A stretch of 64,000 nt of DNA from positions 1,952,001 through 2,016,000 of the forward strand of contig CAWGMA010000001.1 in the NCBI GenBank assembly GCA_963823555.1. The letters are read 5' to 3'. How positions within the stretch are numbered: the first letter of the stretch is position 1; every line of letters starts with the position of its first letter. Under the pieces are notes generated by a model. That model was not told the origin of the DNA. It did not search any database and was given only the letters and a program-made list of their open reading frames with translations. A program made the translations under genes and the position numbers. This document shows positions 10,478-20,701 of the stretch, piece after piece. The DNA comes from Candidatus Eiseniibacteriota bacterium. GTDB lineage: Bacteria > Eisenbacteria > RBG-16-71-46 > CAVPCR01.

Positions 10478-11914
10478 CTATTTCCCCATATCACAAAGAT
10501 CGGTCGCCAGGTCGTCTAACTTGGGCTTCACGGTCAAAGCACCCACAATCAGCTCGGCATCGCCCGGAAGAAGGGTCCGGACATCGAGGAGAAGTTGTCC
10601 CCCTTCGATACGTCCAAGCACGGCCGGATGGCCGCACCTCAGGCCGGTCTCCAGATCCTCCACGCTCCCCGCACCGGGACGCGGGCTCAAGCCGACGGCG
10701 ACCGATGGGATCGCCGCCATCGGCAGGGCGCCGCCACCTACCCGGCTCGTCGTCTCCACCACGCCCACTTCGAGATCGGCCCGAACGGCCGTGATGGCCG
10801 CGGCCAGCGCCGCCGCCTCCGCCCCGAGATCCTCCTTCGAACGCGCCAGCAGCCTCAGAGTCGGAATCTCCACCCACGCGCGCTCGGGCTCCAGATAGGC
10901 GCGGAGCGTCGCCTCGAGGGCTGCGATCGAGAACTTGTCGAGGCGCATGGCGCGTGCCATCGGATCCCGCGCGAGGCGGCGGATGAGCGATGCCGATCCG
11001 ACCATGATGCCCGCCTGCGGCCCTCCGAGCAGCTTATCACCCGAGAACATGACGATGTCGGCCCCGCATGCAAGGCTGTCCCCGACGGTTGGTTCGTGAC
11101 CGATCCGAACTCCCAGGGCAACCAGTGCTCCGCTTCCCAGATCATGGGCGACTTGGAGCCCACGCGACCGGCCGAGAGCGACGAGCTCGGCCAGTCCCGC
11201 CTCGGCAGTGAACCCGTCCATGACGAAGTTCGAGCGATGGACCTTCAAGATGAGCCCGGTGCTGGGTCCAATCGCCTTCGCGTAGTCTTCCAGGTGCGTC
11301 TTGTTGGTCGTTCCAACCTCCCTGAGCCGGGCCCCAGACCGCGCCATGATATCGGGGAGACGGAACGAGCCGCCGATCTCGATGAGCTCTCCGCGGGAAA
11401 CCAGGACCTCGCGACCTGACGCGAGCCCCCCCAGCGTGAGCAACACGGCCGCCGCGCAGTTGTTGACGGCAAGCGCGTCCTCCGCGCCGGTGATCTCGAT
11501 CAGGAGATCGCGGATGGTGTCGAGCCGCGATCCGCGTTCACCCCGCTCGAGGTCGAACTCGAGGGTCGAGTACCGGGCCGCCGCATCGTGCACCGCCTTC
11601 TGCGCCATCTCGGAGAGCACCGACCTGCCGAGATTGGTGTGAATCACGACACCCGCCCCGTTGATGACGGGCCTGAGCCCCCGGCTGGCCAGCATCCGGG
11701 CCCGGGCGGCGGCGCGTGCGGCCAGACGATCGACGTCGAGCACCGCCGCGGCCTGGCGGTCTGTCTCCGATTCGCGGGCCAGATGCTCCCGCGCCCAGGC
11801 CAGCACTTCACGAGCCGCTCGCCGCCTGAGGGCGCGGGGAGCGTCCACGTGAACAAGATCGGGATGGGTTAGCAGGGCCTCGACGGCCGGCAGCTGACGA
11901 CGCCGGTCCGGCAT
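10478..11914 (-). CDS. selA: L-seryl-tRNA(Sec) selenium transferase
   Basis: INGAGVVIHTNLGRS, VNNCAAA, SRGELIEIGGSFR, EVGTTNKT, DLGSG, FSGDKLLGGPQAG (PLP Lys); start inferred at MPDRRRQLP. Confidence 0.96.
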   Translation of the reverse strand: MPDRRRQLPAVEALLTHPDLVHVDAPRALRRRAAREVLAWAREHLARESETDRQAAAVLDVDRLAARAAARARMLASRGLRPVINGAGVVIHTNLGRSVLSEMAQKAVHDAAARYSTLEFDLERGERGSRLDTIRDLLIEITGAEDALAVNNCAAAVLLTLGGLASGREVLVSRGELIEIGGSFRLPDIMARSGARLREVGTTNKTHLEDYAKAIGPSTGLILKVHRSNFVMDGFTAEAGLAELVALGRSRGLQVAHDLGSGALVALGVRIGHEPTVGDSLACGADIVMFSGDKLLGGPQAGIMVGSASLIRRLARDPMARAMRLDKFSIAALEATLRAYLEPERAWVEIPTLRLLARSKEDLGAEAAALAAAITAVRADLEVGVVETTSRVGGGALPMAAIPSVAVGLSPRPGAGSVEDLETGLRCGHPAVLGRIEGGQLLLDVRTLLPGDAELIVGALTVKPKLDDLATDLCDMGK

Positions 11915-12076
11915 GCATGATCTCTTGACCCGCGGTCCGCTCTCCCGGCCGGCAACCACGGGTAGCTGGGCGAGAGTCTGTTCCGCGCAAGCGGCGTCGA
12001 AACTCCCGTGTTTCACGGATACGGATCCGGGAGGGGCGGGGCACTCACACCTTGCACTCGCGGGGCCGGGATACGA

Positions 12077-12802
12077 TCACCCTCCGAGGTAGGCGCTCTT
12101 GACCTCCTCGTTGGCGAGGAGGTTCTCCCGGGTATCGGACAGGACGATGCTACCTGTCTCCATGACATAGCCGCGATCCGCGACGCCAAGGGCCATGTGC
12201 GCATTCTGCTCGACAAGGAGAATGGTGACTCCCTGGCGACTGATCTCGGCAACTGTCCGGAATATCTCACGGACGAGGATCGGTGCCAACCCCAAAGAGG
12301 GCTCATCCAGGAGCAAGAGGCGGGGACGCGACATGAGTCCGCGGGCGATGGCGAGCATCTGCTGCTCACCCCCGGACAGGGTTCCCGCACTCTGCCGCGC
12401 CCGCTCCCTGAGCCGCGGGAAGACGGTGAACATGCGCTCGAGATCCTCCCGGATCTGGGCCCGGTCGTGACGGAGATAGGCGCCGAGCTCGAGATTGTCC
12501 CTGACACTCAAGTTGGCGAAGACGATCCGGCCCTCGGGAACCTGGGAGATGCCGAGACCGACAATGCGGTGGGCCGGGAGGCGGGTGAGCTCCCGACCGT
12601 CGAAACGGATCGAGCCCTGGCGGGCGGGTTCCAGACCGGAAATCGCCCGCAAGAGAGTGCTCTTGCCCGCACCGTTGGCACCGATCAGGGTCACGACCTC
12701 ACCGCAGGCCACGTCCAGGGAGACACCCCGGAGCGCCTGCACGGCGCCATAGTAGACATCCAGGTCGCGGACTTCGAAGAGCGGCGCCCGGGGACTGCTC
12801 AC
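12077..12802 (-). CDS. livF: branched-chain amino acid ABC transporter ATPase
   Basis: GANGAGKST, LSGGEQQM, DEPSLGLAP, VEQNA. Confidence 0.93.
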   Translation of the reverse strand: MSSPRAPLFEVRDLDVYYGAVQALRGVSLDVACGEVVTLIGANGAGKSTLLRAISGLEPARQGSIRFDGRELTRLPAHRIVGLGISQVPEGRIVFANLSVRDNLELGAYLRHDRAQIREDLERMFTVFPRLRERARQSAGTLSGGEQQMLAIARGLMSRPRLLLLDEPSLGLAPILVREIFRTVAEISRQGVTILLVEQNAHMALGVADRGYVMETGSIVLSDTRENLLANEEVKSAYLGG

Positions 12803-13572
12803 TCGCGCTTCACCTCCTCACCCAGGTAAGCCTCGATCACCTTGGGATGCTGGCGAATCTCCTCGGGCTGCCCGGTGGCGATCTGGCGACCGTAGTCGAG
12901 AACGCTGATCCGCTCGCAGATCCCCATGACGACGCGCATGTCGTGTTCGATGAGGAGAACCGTCATGTCATAGCGATCACGGATCCAGCGGATCAGATCC
13001 ATCAGCGATTCCGACTCCGTGGTGTTGAGCCCGGCCGCTGGCTCATCGAGGAGCAGCAGCCTGGGGCCGGTCGCCAGCGCCCGGGCGATCTCCAGTCGGC
13101 GTTGCTCCCCGTAGGGCAACTCGCTGGCCCGCCGCTCCGCCACCGCCTCGAGGTGGAATTCGCCGAGCAGCTCCCGCGCCGAGGCGGCGATCTCGGCCTC
13201 GGCGCGCCGGGCGGAACCGCTTCCCAGAATGGAAGCGGACAGACGCGGCTTGTGCTTGGTGTGCAACGCCGTGCGCACGTTGTCGAACACGGTCATGCTG
13301 CGGAAGAGGCGTGACGTCTGGAAGGTCCGGGCCACACCGCTGCCTGAGATGCGGTGGGCCGGACGCCCGCTGATGACCGAACCTCCGAGCCGGATCGTGC
13401 CCTCGGTCGGCGCGTAGACCCCCGTGATGAGATTGAAGACAGTGGTCTTTCCGGCGCCGTTGGGACCAATGAGCCCGAAGAGCTCACCCTTCTCCACGGA
13501 CAGCTCGAGTGAATCGACCGCCTTGAGACCGCCGAAGCAGTGAGTCACTCGATCGAGGATCAGGAGCGCCAT
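12799..13572 (-). CDS. livG: branched-chain amino acid ABC transporter ATPase
   Basis: GPNGAGKTT, LPYGEQRRLEIARAL, DEPAAG, IEHDM. Confidence 0.93.
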   Translation of the reverse strand: MALLILDRVTHCFGGLKAVDSLELSVEKGELFGLIGPNGAGKTTVFNLITGVYAPTEGTIRLGGSVISGRPAHRISGSGVARTFQTSRLFRSMTVFDNVRTALHTKHKPRLSASILGSGSARRAEAEIAASARELLGEFHLEAVAERRASELPYGEQRRLEIARALATGPRLLLLDEPAAGLNTTESESLMDLIRWIRDRYDMTVLLIEHDMRVVMGICERISVLDYGRQIATGQPEEIRQHPKVIEAYLGEEVKRE

Positions 13573-13576
13573 TCCC

Positions 13577-14581
13577 CTACTCCGCCGGTCTCGGCGCCGC
13601 TCCCCGCCCCCGCAGGCGGGCGAGGAGGGCGCGGGGATCCAGCTCGCGCATCCCCATGAGGCCCTGGGGACGGGAGATCATGAGCAGGATGAGGAGGAAG
13701 GAATAGAGGACCATGCGGTAGTCCTTGACGGGGCGGAGCACCTCGGGCAGCAGGGTGAGGATGATCGCCGCCATGATCGAGCCCGTGATCGAACCCATCC
13801 CGCCCAGCACGACCATGATCACGATCTCGATCGACTTGATGAAGGTGAAGCTGTTCGTATGCACGTAGGCCAGATAATGCGCGAACAGGCCGCCCGCCAC
13901 TCCGGCGAAGAAAGCGCCGACGACGAACGCGATCACCTTGTAACGAGTCGTATCGATGCCCAGGGCTTCAGCCGCAATCTCGTCCTCGCGTACGGAGATG
14001 AAGGCTCGGCCGTGCGTCGAGTGCACCACGTTCCAGACGACCGCGATGGTGACTGCGGTCCAGAGCAGGACCCAGGTCAGATTCGACCATGAGGGAATAT
14101 CCGAGAACCCGCGAGCAGCACCGACCGCCTCGATGTTGAGGATGATGACGCGAATGATCTCACCGAAGCCCAGGGTCACGATGGCCAGGTAATCGCCGCG
14201 GAGCCTCAAGCTCGGAAGTCCCACCAGGAACCCGACCACGGCGGCAACGATCCCCCCCAGGAAAAGCGCCGCCAGAAAGAGCGCCGCCACCGCCAGGAAC
14301 TCCGGCACCCCCCACGTGGTCAGGGCCGCCGACCAGTCACGGGCCAGGTAGAAGGTGAAGGCTGCGGATACGTAGGCGCCCACCGCCATGAACCCGGCGT
14401 GCCCCAGCGAGAACTGCCCGGTGAATCCATTGATCAGGTTGAGCGAGACCGCAAGGATGATGTTGACGCCGCAGAGCGTGATGATCTGCAGCACGTACGG
14501 ATTGACGACCTCGGGCAGGAGGCGACCCACGGCGAAGATCGCCACCGCCATCACCGTGAGGCCCAGGAGCCGCTTCCCCAT
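13577..14581 (-). CDS. livM: branched-chain amino acid ABC transporter permease
   Basis: GQFSLGHAGF, LRLRGDYLAIVTLGFGEI; start at MGKRLL. Confidence 0.92.
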   Translation of the reverse strand: MGKRLLGLTVMAVAIFAVGRLLPEVVNPYVLQIITLCGVNIILAVSLNLINGFTGQFSLGHAGFMAVGAYVSAAFTFYLARDWSAALTTWGVPEFLAVAALFLAALFLGGIVAAVVGFLVGLPSLRLRGDYLAIVTLGFGEIIRVIILNIEAVGAARGFSDIPSWSNLTWVLLWTAVTIAVVWNVVHSTHGRAFISVREDEIAAEALGIDTTRYKVIAFVVGAFFAGVAGGLFAHYLAYVHTNSFTFIKSIEIVIMVVLGGMGSITGSIMAAIILTLLPEVLRPVKDYRMVLYSFLLILLMISRPQGLMGMRELDPRALLARLRGRGAAPRPAE

Positions 14582-15480
14582 CACACCTTCTCCACGTCGG
14601 GCTTGCCGAGGATGCCGCCAGGCTTGAAGAGCAAGATCAAGATGAGGATGGCGAACGCGATCGCGTCCCGGTACGTGGGGGCCAGATAGCCGACCACCAT
14701 GGTCTCGGCGATCCCCATGACGAGGCCGCCCACCATGGCACCAGGAATGTTGCCGATACCCCCGAGCACGGCCGCCACGAAGGCCTTGAGGCCCGGAATG
14801 AGTCCCATCAGGGGATCGACCCGCGGCAGGTAGAGCCCGACCAGAACACCCGCGGCAGCGGCCAGGGCCGAGCCGATGGCGAAGGTGAAGGCGATGACCG
14901 AGTCGGTCGGAATGCCCATCAGCTTTGCCGCATCCGCCGAGAAGGAGACGGCACGCATGGCCTTCCCCACCCGCGTGCGGTGCACGATGACCTGGAGCAA
15001 TCCCATCAAGGCGATGGATACGCCGAGCACGAGGAGCTGGTGGCTGCCGAAGACGATGGATCCGATCTGGACCTTGGTGCTGCGGATGATCTCGGGAAAT
15101 GCCCGCGGGCGGGCGCCGAAGATGACATTGCCCAGGTTCTCGAGCAGGAGAGAGACCCCGATCGCCGTGATCAACGAGACCAGTCGGGGCTGACGGCGGA
15201 CCGGGCGGTAAGCAGCCCGCTCGATGATGATCCCGAGCAGAGCGCACACCACCATGGCGATCAGAAGGACGAGGAGCGCCTTGGGAACCGAGGGGGTCAG
15301 ATCAGCGCCGATCCAACCGGCGGCGAAGAGAGCCGTGTAGGCGCCCACCATGATCACGTCCCCGTGGGCGAAATTGATGAGCCGGAGGACGCCGTAGACC
15401 ATGGTGTAGCCGAGGGCGATCAGGGCGTAGATCGACCCCCAGGCAATACCGTTGACGAGCTGCTGGAGGAACTCCTGCAC
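14581..15480 (-). CDS. livH: branched-chain amino acid ABC transporter permease
   Basis: GSIYALIALGYTMVYGVLRLINFAHGD, KAFVAAVLGGIG. Confidence 0.93.
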   Translation of the reverse strand: MQEFLQQLVNGIAWGSIYALIALGYTMVYGVLRLINFAHGDVIMVGAYTALFAAGWIGADLTPSVPKALLVLLIAMVVCALLGIIIERAAYRPVRRQPRLVSLITAIGVSLLLENLGNVIFGARPRAFPEIIRSTKVQIGSIVFGSHQLLVLGVSIALMGLLQVIVHRTRVGKAMRAVSFSADAAKLMGIPTDSVIAFTFAIGSALAAAAGVLVGLYLPRVDPLMGLIPGLKAFVAAVLGGIGNIPGAMVGGLVMGIAETMVVGYLAPTYRDAIAFAILILILLFKPGGILGKPDVEKV

Positions 15481-15523
15481 CGGATATCCGCCGGGCTGGC
15501 CCGAACCGCCTTTCTGGTCTTAT

Positions 15524-16798
15524 CTAGGGTTCAATCGTGGTCACGTACTTGTAGCCGCTCGGCTCGACCGCAAGAACCACCGCCGACTTGACCGCGTTTC
15601 GATTCTCGTCAATCGAGATACGGCCAGTGACGCCGACCAGATCCTTGACTTCCGCCAGCCGGTCGCGGAGCTTGGCTCGCGCCGCCGCCCGCGCCTGAGC
15701 CTTGCCTCCGGCCGGGGCCGGTCCGGCCAGATGCGCGAAGGCCTCGGGGTCCTCGGCGGCGAGTTGCCGGAGACCCGTGACCAGGAGCTGGGCCGCATCG
15801 TATCCGAGCGCCGCCAGGGCGTCCGGCCTGTCCCCGAAACGCGCCGCGAAGGACTGGACGAAGTTCTGCACGTTCGGACTCTGATCCTCGGTCGAGTAGT
15901 GGTTGGAGAAGAACGTGTTGGCGACCGCGTCACCCCCGAGCTTGGTGAGGTCCGGAGAGTCCCATCCATCACCGCCGAGGAGCGGGACCGTGAGGCCCAT
16001 CTCCCGGGCCTGCCGGATGATGAGGCCAACATCGTTGTAGTAGCCGGGCACGAAGATGGCCTCGGGATTCGTTCCGCGCAGGGCGGTGAGCTGCGGGCGG
16101 AAATCGGTGTCCCCCTGGCTGTAGGACTGGTCGCCGACAATCTCACCACCCAGCTCGGTGAAGGTCTTGATGAAGAAGTCGGCGAGACCCATCGAATAGT
16201 CGCTCCGCACGTCACGCAGGATGGCGGCCCGGCGCACCCCCTTGTTCTCGTAGGCGAAGCGGGCCATCACCGTTCCCTGAAAGGGGTCGATGAAGCAGAC
16301 ACGGAAGATGTAGTCTCCGGTCTCGGTCACCTTGGGGTTGGTGGAGGACGGGGTGATCATCGGGACCTTGGCTTCCTGACAGATGGGGGCGGCGGCAAGT
16401 GAGTTCGAACTCGGGATATCGCCCAGAACCGCGATGACGCCATCCTGGCTGATGAGCTTGCGCACGACCGTGGCCGCCTCCTCGGGCCGACTCTGGTCGT
16501 CCTCGATGGTCACCTTGAGTTGCATGCCGCCGATCCCGCCGGCCGAGTTGACTTCGTCGACGGCCATCAGGATCCCGTCTCTCGTCGATTGCCCGAAGGT
16601 AGCGGTGTTCCCGGTGAGACCCATGTAACCGCCCACATAGATCTCGTTCTGCTCACCTCCCCCGCCACAACCGTGAATCGCCACGAGGCCGGCGAATGCG
16701 AGGGCCAGGGACAAGAGGCGATCAGCTCTACTGATTCCAGACCGCGCGGAGGAGCGGCGGTGGGTGAGAACGACATGAGGGCGGCTGAGGGGGGCCAT
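15524..16798 (-). CDS. branched-chain amino acid ABC substrate-binding lipoprotein (LivK/LivJ-like)
   Basis: Peripla_BP_6 pattern (EDDQSRPEEA, FRVCFIDPFQG); lipobox-like IHGC; SD GGAGG before the ATG. Confidence 0.9.
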   Translation of the reverse strand: MAPLSRPHVVLTHRRSSARSGISRADRLLSLALAFAGLVAIHGCGGGGEQNEIYVGGYMGLTGNTATFGQSTRDGILMAVDEVNSAGGIGGMQLKVTIEDDQSRPEEAATVVRKLISQDGVIAVLGDIPSSNSLAAAPICQEAKVPMITPSSTNPKVTETGDYIFRVCFIDPFQGTVMARFAYENKGVRRAAILRDVRSDYSMGLADFFIKTFTELGGEIVGDQSYSQGDTDFRPQLTALRGTNPEAIFVPGYYNDVGLIIRQAREMGLTVPLLGGDGWDSPDLTKLGGDAVANTFFSNHYSTEDQSPNVQNFVQSFAARFGDRPDALAALGYDAAQLLVTGLRQLAAEDPEAFAHLAGPAPAGGKAQARAAARAKLRDRLAEVKDLVGVTGRISIDENRNAVKSAVVLAVEPSGYKYVTTIEP

Positions 16799-16839
16799 GG
16801 ACTTACCTCCCGAGGCTCGAATATCGACCAACTCTTTCT

Positions 16840-19389
16840 ATGACAAGCAAAAGCGGCTGCAATCTAGCATGGGGCAACGAAAGGGGTCAACTCGTGCCAG
16901 GACTGCGCGCAAGAACGAGTCCGGCGGCCCGCGGCCGCCGGCCATCCATCCTCGGCGCCACGAGTGCGGCGCTCTTCCTCCTCGGACTGGCCTGCGCCAA
17001 GCAGCCCGTGACGCCGACCACCAGCACGCTCGAGGCTGAGGCTGCGCGCGCCTATCGCTCGCTGGTGGAATCCCTCGGCATCGACCCCGGTCCCGTGCGC
17101 GGGCGGGTGGTGGTTCTCGATCCTGGACATGGGGGCGGATATCGCGGCGCTTTGGGTCAGAGGGGAACCGCCGAGGCCGACGTCAACCTGGCCGTGGCGC
17201 TCTTCCTGTGGGGACTCCTCGATGACGCCGGTGCCGAGGTCTATCTGACCCGCACGGCCGACCGGGACTTCGTGGGCGGAGAGCTCCATCCCCCCGCGAT
17301 CCAGACCCTGCCGCGCGAGGGAAGCACGGGAAGCATGGTCCCCCACCCGGCCGCGAACACCGCCGCCCCACCCGATTCGCTGCGCTCCGATCTCGCCGCC
17401 CGGATCGCGGCCGCCAATACCTTGAACGCCGATCTCTTCCTCTCGATCCACCACAATGCGGACGCCTCGGGCGATACCACGAGAAACCAGACCCAGACCT
17501 TCTATCGCCTCGGCGATGCCGGCCCCTCGCTCGATGCCGCCCAGGCCATCCACCGCCATCTCATGCGCAATCTGGGCACCGCGCGCGGCCAGGTCCAGCC
17601 CGGGAATTACTACGTGCTGCGCTCCTCGAACGCGACCGCCGCCGTTCTCGGTGAGCCATCCTTCCTCACCAATCCCCTCTTCGAGGAGAAACTCGTCCGC
17701 ATCGATCGCGTCGAGCTCGAGGCCGTCGCCTACTTCCTCGGCATCGTCGACCATTTCGCCCGTGGCGTGGCCCGGGTAGCGGTCCTGGCCCCACGGGACA
17801 CCGTGCTCGATGCGGCGACAACGGTGCTCCGGGCACGCTTCAGCGGAGATCCGATCGATCCCGCCACCGTGGCGCTCACCCTCGACGGCGCGCCGCTCAC
17901 GGTGCGCCCCCATGTCGAGGGTGGGCCAGGTGCGGCGATGGATTTCATCGCCTTCCCGCCGGAGCCCCTCGCCAACGGCCGCCATGTGCTCACCGCACGT
18001 GCCCGCACCTTCGGTGGCAACGGGGCCGCCCCCGCCAGCGCTTCCTTCGTCATGCGCCGCCCCCCGGCCGAGTTGAGCGCCGAACCATGGCCGCTGTGGA
18101 ACGGAACGAACGGGTACGGGCCATTGGGGCTCGTGGTCAGCGTGCGCGACCGATTCGGGCTGGCCGTCGCCGACTCGACGCCTGTCGACCTGACAAGCCC
18201 CGTCCGCGGTCGCCAGTTCACCACAGACGGCCAGGCCTGGTTCCGGCTCGAATCCAGTCCCGCCCCGGAAGCGCGGTGGACCGTCGAATCGGGCCCTGCC
18301 GCGGCAACCTTGCCGGTCATGACGGAAGGCGCACCACCCCATCTGTCGGGTTCGGTCGTCGACCGTTCATCGGGCCGCGGGATATCGGGCGCCGAAATGG
18401 CGATGCGTGATGGCAGAGACTTCCGCGGCCGGACGAATCTTCATGGGGAATATGCGATCTCGCTCCCGACGGATCTTGCGAGCAGCTTGCCAGCCGTTCC
18501 CGGCGAGCTTCGCATCACCGCCCCGGGCTATCTCCCCAGGTCGATGGCTCATGCCCGCGACGCAACGCGGATCGAGCTCGATCCCGTTCTGGGTGGAGTC
18601 CTGCACGGGCGGCGGGTGGCGGTCGATCCGGCCGGAGGTGGCGCCGACCCCGTCGCAACCTCCGCCACCGGGGTGCGCGCCGCGGATACCGCGCTCGACA
18701 TCGCGCTCCGCCTGGCATCGGATCTCGAGCGATCGGGGGCGACGGCCACGCTCCTGCGCGCCGAGGATCGGACCATCCCCGACCTGGCCCGCGTGGAGGC
18801 CGCGGAGCAGGCGGCGGTGGATCGTTACATTCGCATCGGCGCCGATCCGGCCCCGCGCATTCGCCACTACCCGGGCAGCCGGCGCGGAGTGGAGCTGGCA
18901 CGCGCCGCTGCCAGGGAGATCGCCCGGGAGAGCGGACTTGCCCTCGAGGTTCGAGCCGAGGTCACCCCCGTTCTCTTGACGACCAGCATGCCGGCGGTGG
19001 AGATTCTCCTGCCCGCCCCGGCCGGTCCGGCCGGCGAGGATGCCCACCTCGACCCGGATTTCCGCCGGCGCGTGGCGCGCGCGATCCTCCTGGCCGCAGC
19101 CGCCGAGTCCGGTCTCGACCTCGATCGCCAGGCGACCGTGATCCTCAAGTCGGACGCGCCGCACCTGCTCGTGGATGGCATGTTCATCGTCCAGGTAAAT
19201 GACGGGCAGGGCCGGGCACGCGGTATCGATCGCGGCACCGAGCACGAGGTCCTGCCGCTGGCAGAGGGGATGGCGGCTGGACCCCAGGTCACGCGGTTCA
19301 GGGTGGCGGCCCCTCCTCCCGACACCATCACGGTCACGGTGCCCATGAATCCAGCGGCCCCGGCCCCGACCGGTCGAGCCCACGAATAG
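16840..19389 (+). CDS. N-acetylmuramoyl-L-alanine amidase, multidomain, probable lipoprotein
   Basis: VVLDPGHGG...EADVNL, FLSIHHNA, YYVLR...AVLGE; second degenerate amidase domain (VAVDPAGGG); LGLAC lipobox; start uncertain. Confidence 0.85.
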   Translation: MTSKSGCNLAWGNERGQLVPGLRARTSPAARGRRPSILGATSAALFLLGLACAKQPVTPTTSTLEAEAARAYRSLVESLGIDPGPVRGRVVVLDPGHGGGYRGALGQRGTAEADVNLAVALFLWGLLDDAGAEVYLTRTADRDFVGGELHPPAIQTLPREGSTGSMVPHPAANTAAPPDSLRSDLAARIAAANTLNADLFLSIHHNADASGDTTRNQTQTFYRLGDAGPSLDAAQAIHRHLMRNLGTARGQVQPGNYYVLRSSNATAAVLGEPSFLTNPLFEEKLVRIDRVELEAVAYFLGIVDHFARGVARVAVLAPRDTVLDAATTVLRARFSGDPIDPATVALTLDGAPLTVRPHVEGGPGAAMDFIAFPPEPLANGRHVLTARARTFGGNGAAPASASFVMRRPPAELSAEPWPLWNGTNGYGPLGLVVSVRDRFGLAVADSTPVDLTSPVRGRQFTTDGQAWFRLESSPAPEARWTVESGPAAATLPVMTEGAPPHLSGSVVDRSSGRGISGAEMAMRDGRDFRGRTNLHGEYAISLPTDLASSLPAVPGELRITAPGYLPRSMAHARDATRIELDPVLGGVLHGRRVAVDPAGGGADPVATSATGVRAADTALDIALRLASDLERSGATATLLRAEDRTIPDLARVEAAEQAAVDRYIRIGADPAPRIRHYPGSRRGVELARAAAREIARESGLALEVRAEVTPVLLTTSMPAVEILLPAPAGPAGEDAHLDPDFRRRVARAILLAAAAESGLDLDRQATVILKSDAPHLLVDGMFIVQVNDGQGRARGIDRGTEHEVLPLAEGMAAGPQVTRFRVAAPPPDTITVTVPMNPAAPAPTGRAHE

Positions 19390-19577
19390 CGGCCGGGGAA
19401 TCGCTTCTTGCCCCCAGGAAAGAGCAAGGAACCTCTTCACCTGCTGTGGGTTGTTCTTTTACAATGTTTTACCGGTCTTGCCCCCATTTCGACCGTATCC
19501 TCTACTGGCTGGAACTGGCGACGGCAAGAGCCCACCATCCCCCCACAAAGCCCCTGAGTCGAGAAAGGGTCGTCCCG

Positions 19578-20234
19578 ATGAATCCAGGGCAGTCGACATC
19601 CGGCCGCGCATCGGCGTCCACCAGCCGCCGCCGCGGTGTTTTCCGCGAAGCCGTGGTCATTGTTCTCTGCGGAACGATGCTCGGTCTGGTAGCCAACACC
19701 ATCTCGCCGCGCGGCATCCCGCTCATCGGTGACTTCTCCCGGGGGGCGGCCCTCGCCAATCGCAGCGCGGAGGAGCTGGCAGCGCTCCCAGCCGAGATCG
19801 AGCTGGCAGGCGTCCAGCGCGTGGTCGAAGCCCTCGCAGCGCGATCCGCAGACGAGGATTCAGCTCCGGCCGATGCCGCGAGCGACAACGGGAAGGCGAG
19901 TCCAGCGGAGGCGGGCGGCGACCTCGAGGACGCTCTCCTGTCCCAGGCCGTTCTGATTGATGCCCGCTCTCCCGACATGTATACCTCGGGTCACATCCCG
20001 GGAGCGCTCAACCTGCCGGTGTCCGATTTCGACGCCGCCTATCCCGAGCTCAAGTCTCAGCTCAAGACCGCTTCCCTCATCGTGGTCTACTGCGATGGTG
20101 GCGACTGCGAGCTTTCGCATGATCTGGCCACCATGCTCAAGGACCTGGGACACGGCCCGATCCAGCTCTTTGCCGGCGGATTCGATGCCTGGATGGAAGC
20201 AGGGCACGACATGCGCGCGGGGCAAGAACCATGA
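19578..20234 (+). CDS. membrane-anchored rhodanese-like domain protein
   Basis: N-terminal TM followed by NTISPRGIPL; LIDARS...GHIPGALNLP; VVYCDGGDC; FAGGFDAW; stop overlaps next start (ATGA). Confidence 0.9.
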   Translation: MNPGQSTSGRASASTSRRRGVFREAVVIVLCGTMLGLVANTISPRGIPLIGDFSRGAALANRSAEELAALPAEIELAGVQRVVEALAARSADEDSAPADAASDNGKASPAEAGGDLEDALLSQAVLIDARSPDMYTSGHIPGALNLPVSDFDAAYPELKSQLKTASLIVVYCDGGDCELSHDLATMLKDLGHGPIQLFAGGFDAWMEAGHDMRAGQEP

Positions 20235-20701
20235 TCTCGCGCTCCCTCCTGGCGCGGCTCCTGGGCATCGCACTGGGCGCCATCTTCCTGTATGCGAGCG
20301 TATCGAAGGTCATCGATCCGGCGGCCTTCTCGCGCACCGTCTACCACTATCAGCTCCTGCCGCCGGCAGCCGTGAATCTGGTCGCCATCGTCCTGCCCTG
20401 GATCGAAGCGCTGGTCGGCGCCCTTCTCATCTTCGGGCTCAGGGTGCGGGGCGCATCGCTGCTCGCCGTGATCACGCTCATCTTGTTCCTCGGCGCCATG
20501 AGCTCCGCTCTCGCCCGCGGCCTCAACATCGACTGCGGGTGTTTCAAGGCCGAGGGCACCAAGCTCGGACTCGACCGCATCATCGGCGACCTGGTCCTGC
20601 TTGCAGCCGCGTTCTTTGTCTATCGGGAATCCGCCCGCGTTCCCCAGCCGGGACGGGAGGCTTCCGGGTTCATGCCATCTAGCGTCAAGGAGTCCTCATG
20701 A
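20231..20701 (+). CDS. MauE/DoxX family membrane protein with CGC motif
   Basis: IFLYASVSKVIDP, VLPWIE, ARGLNIDCGCF; four hydrophobic segments; ATGA overlaps on both sides. Confidence 0.9.
   Translation: MISRSLLARLLGIALGAIFLYASVSKVIDPAAFSRTVYHYQLLPPAAVNLVAIVLPWIEALVGALLIFGLRVRGASLLAVITLILFLGAMSSALARGLNIDCGCFKAEGTKLGLDRIIGDLVLLAAAFFVYRESARVPQPGREASGFMPSSVKESS

Noticed and set aside
20231..20234. Other TGA stops as Sec codons (rhodanese, MauE/DoxX, livH, 539-aa protein)
   Set aside because: They overlap the next gene's start codon and end complete domains, so they are ordinary stops
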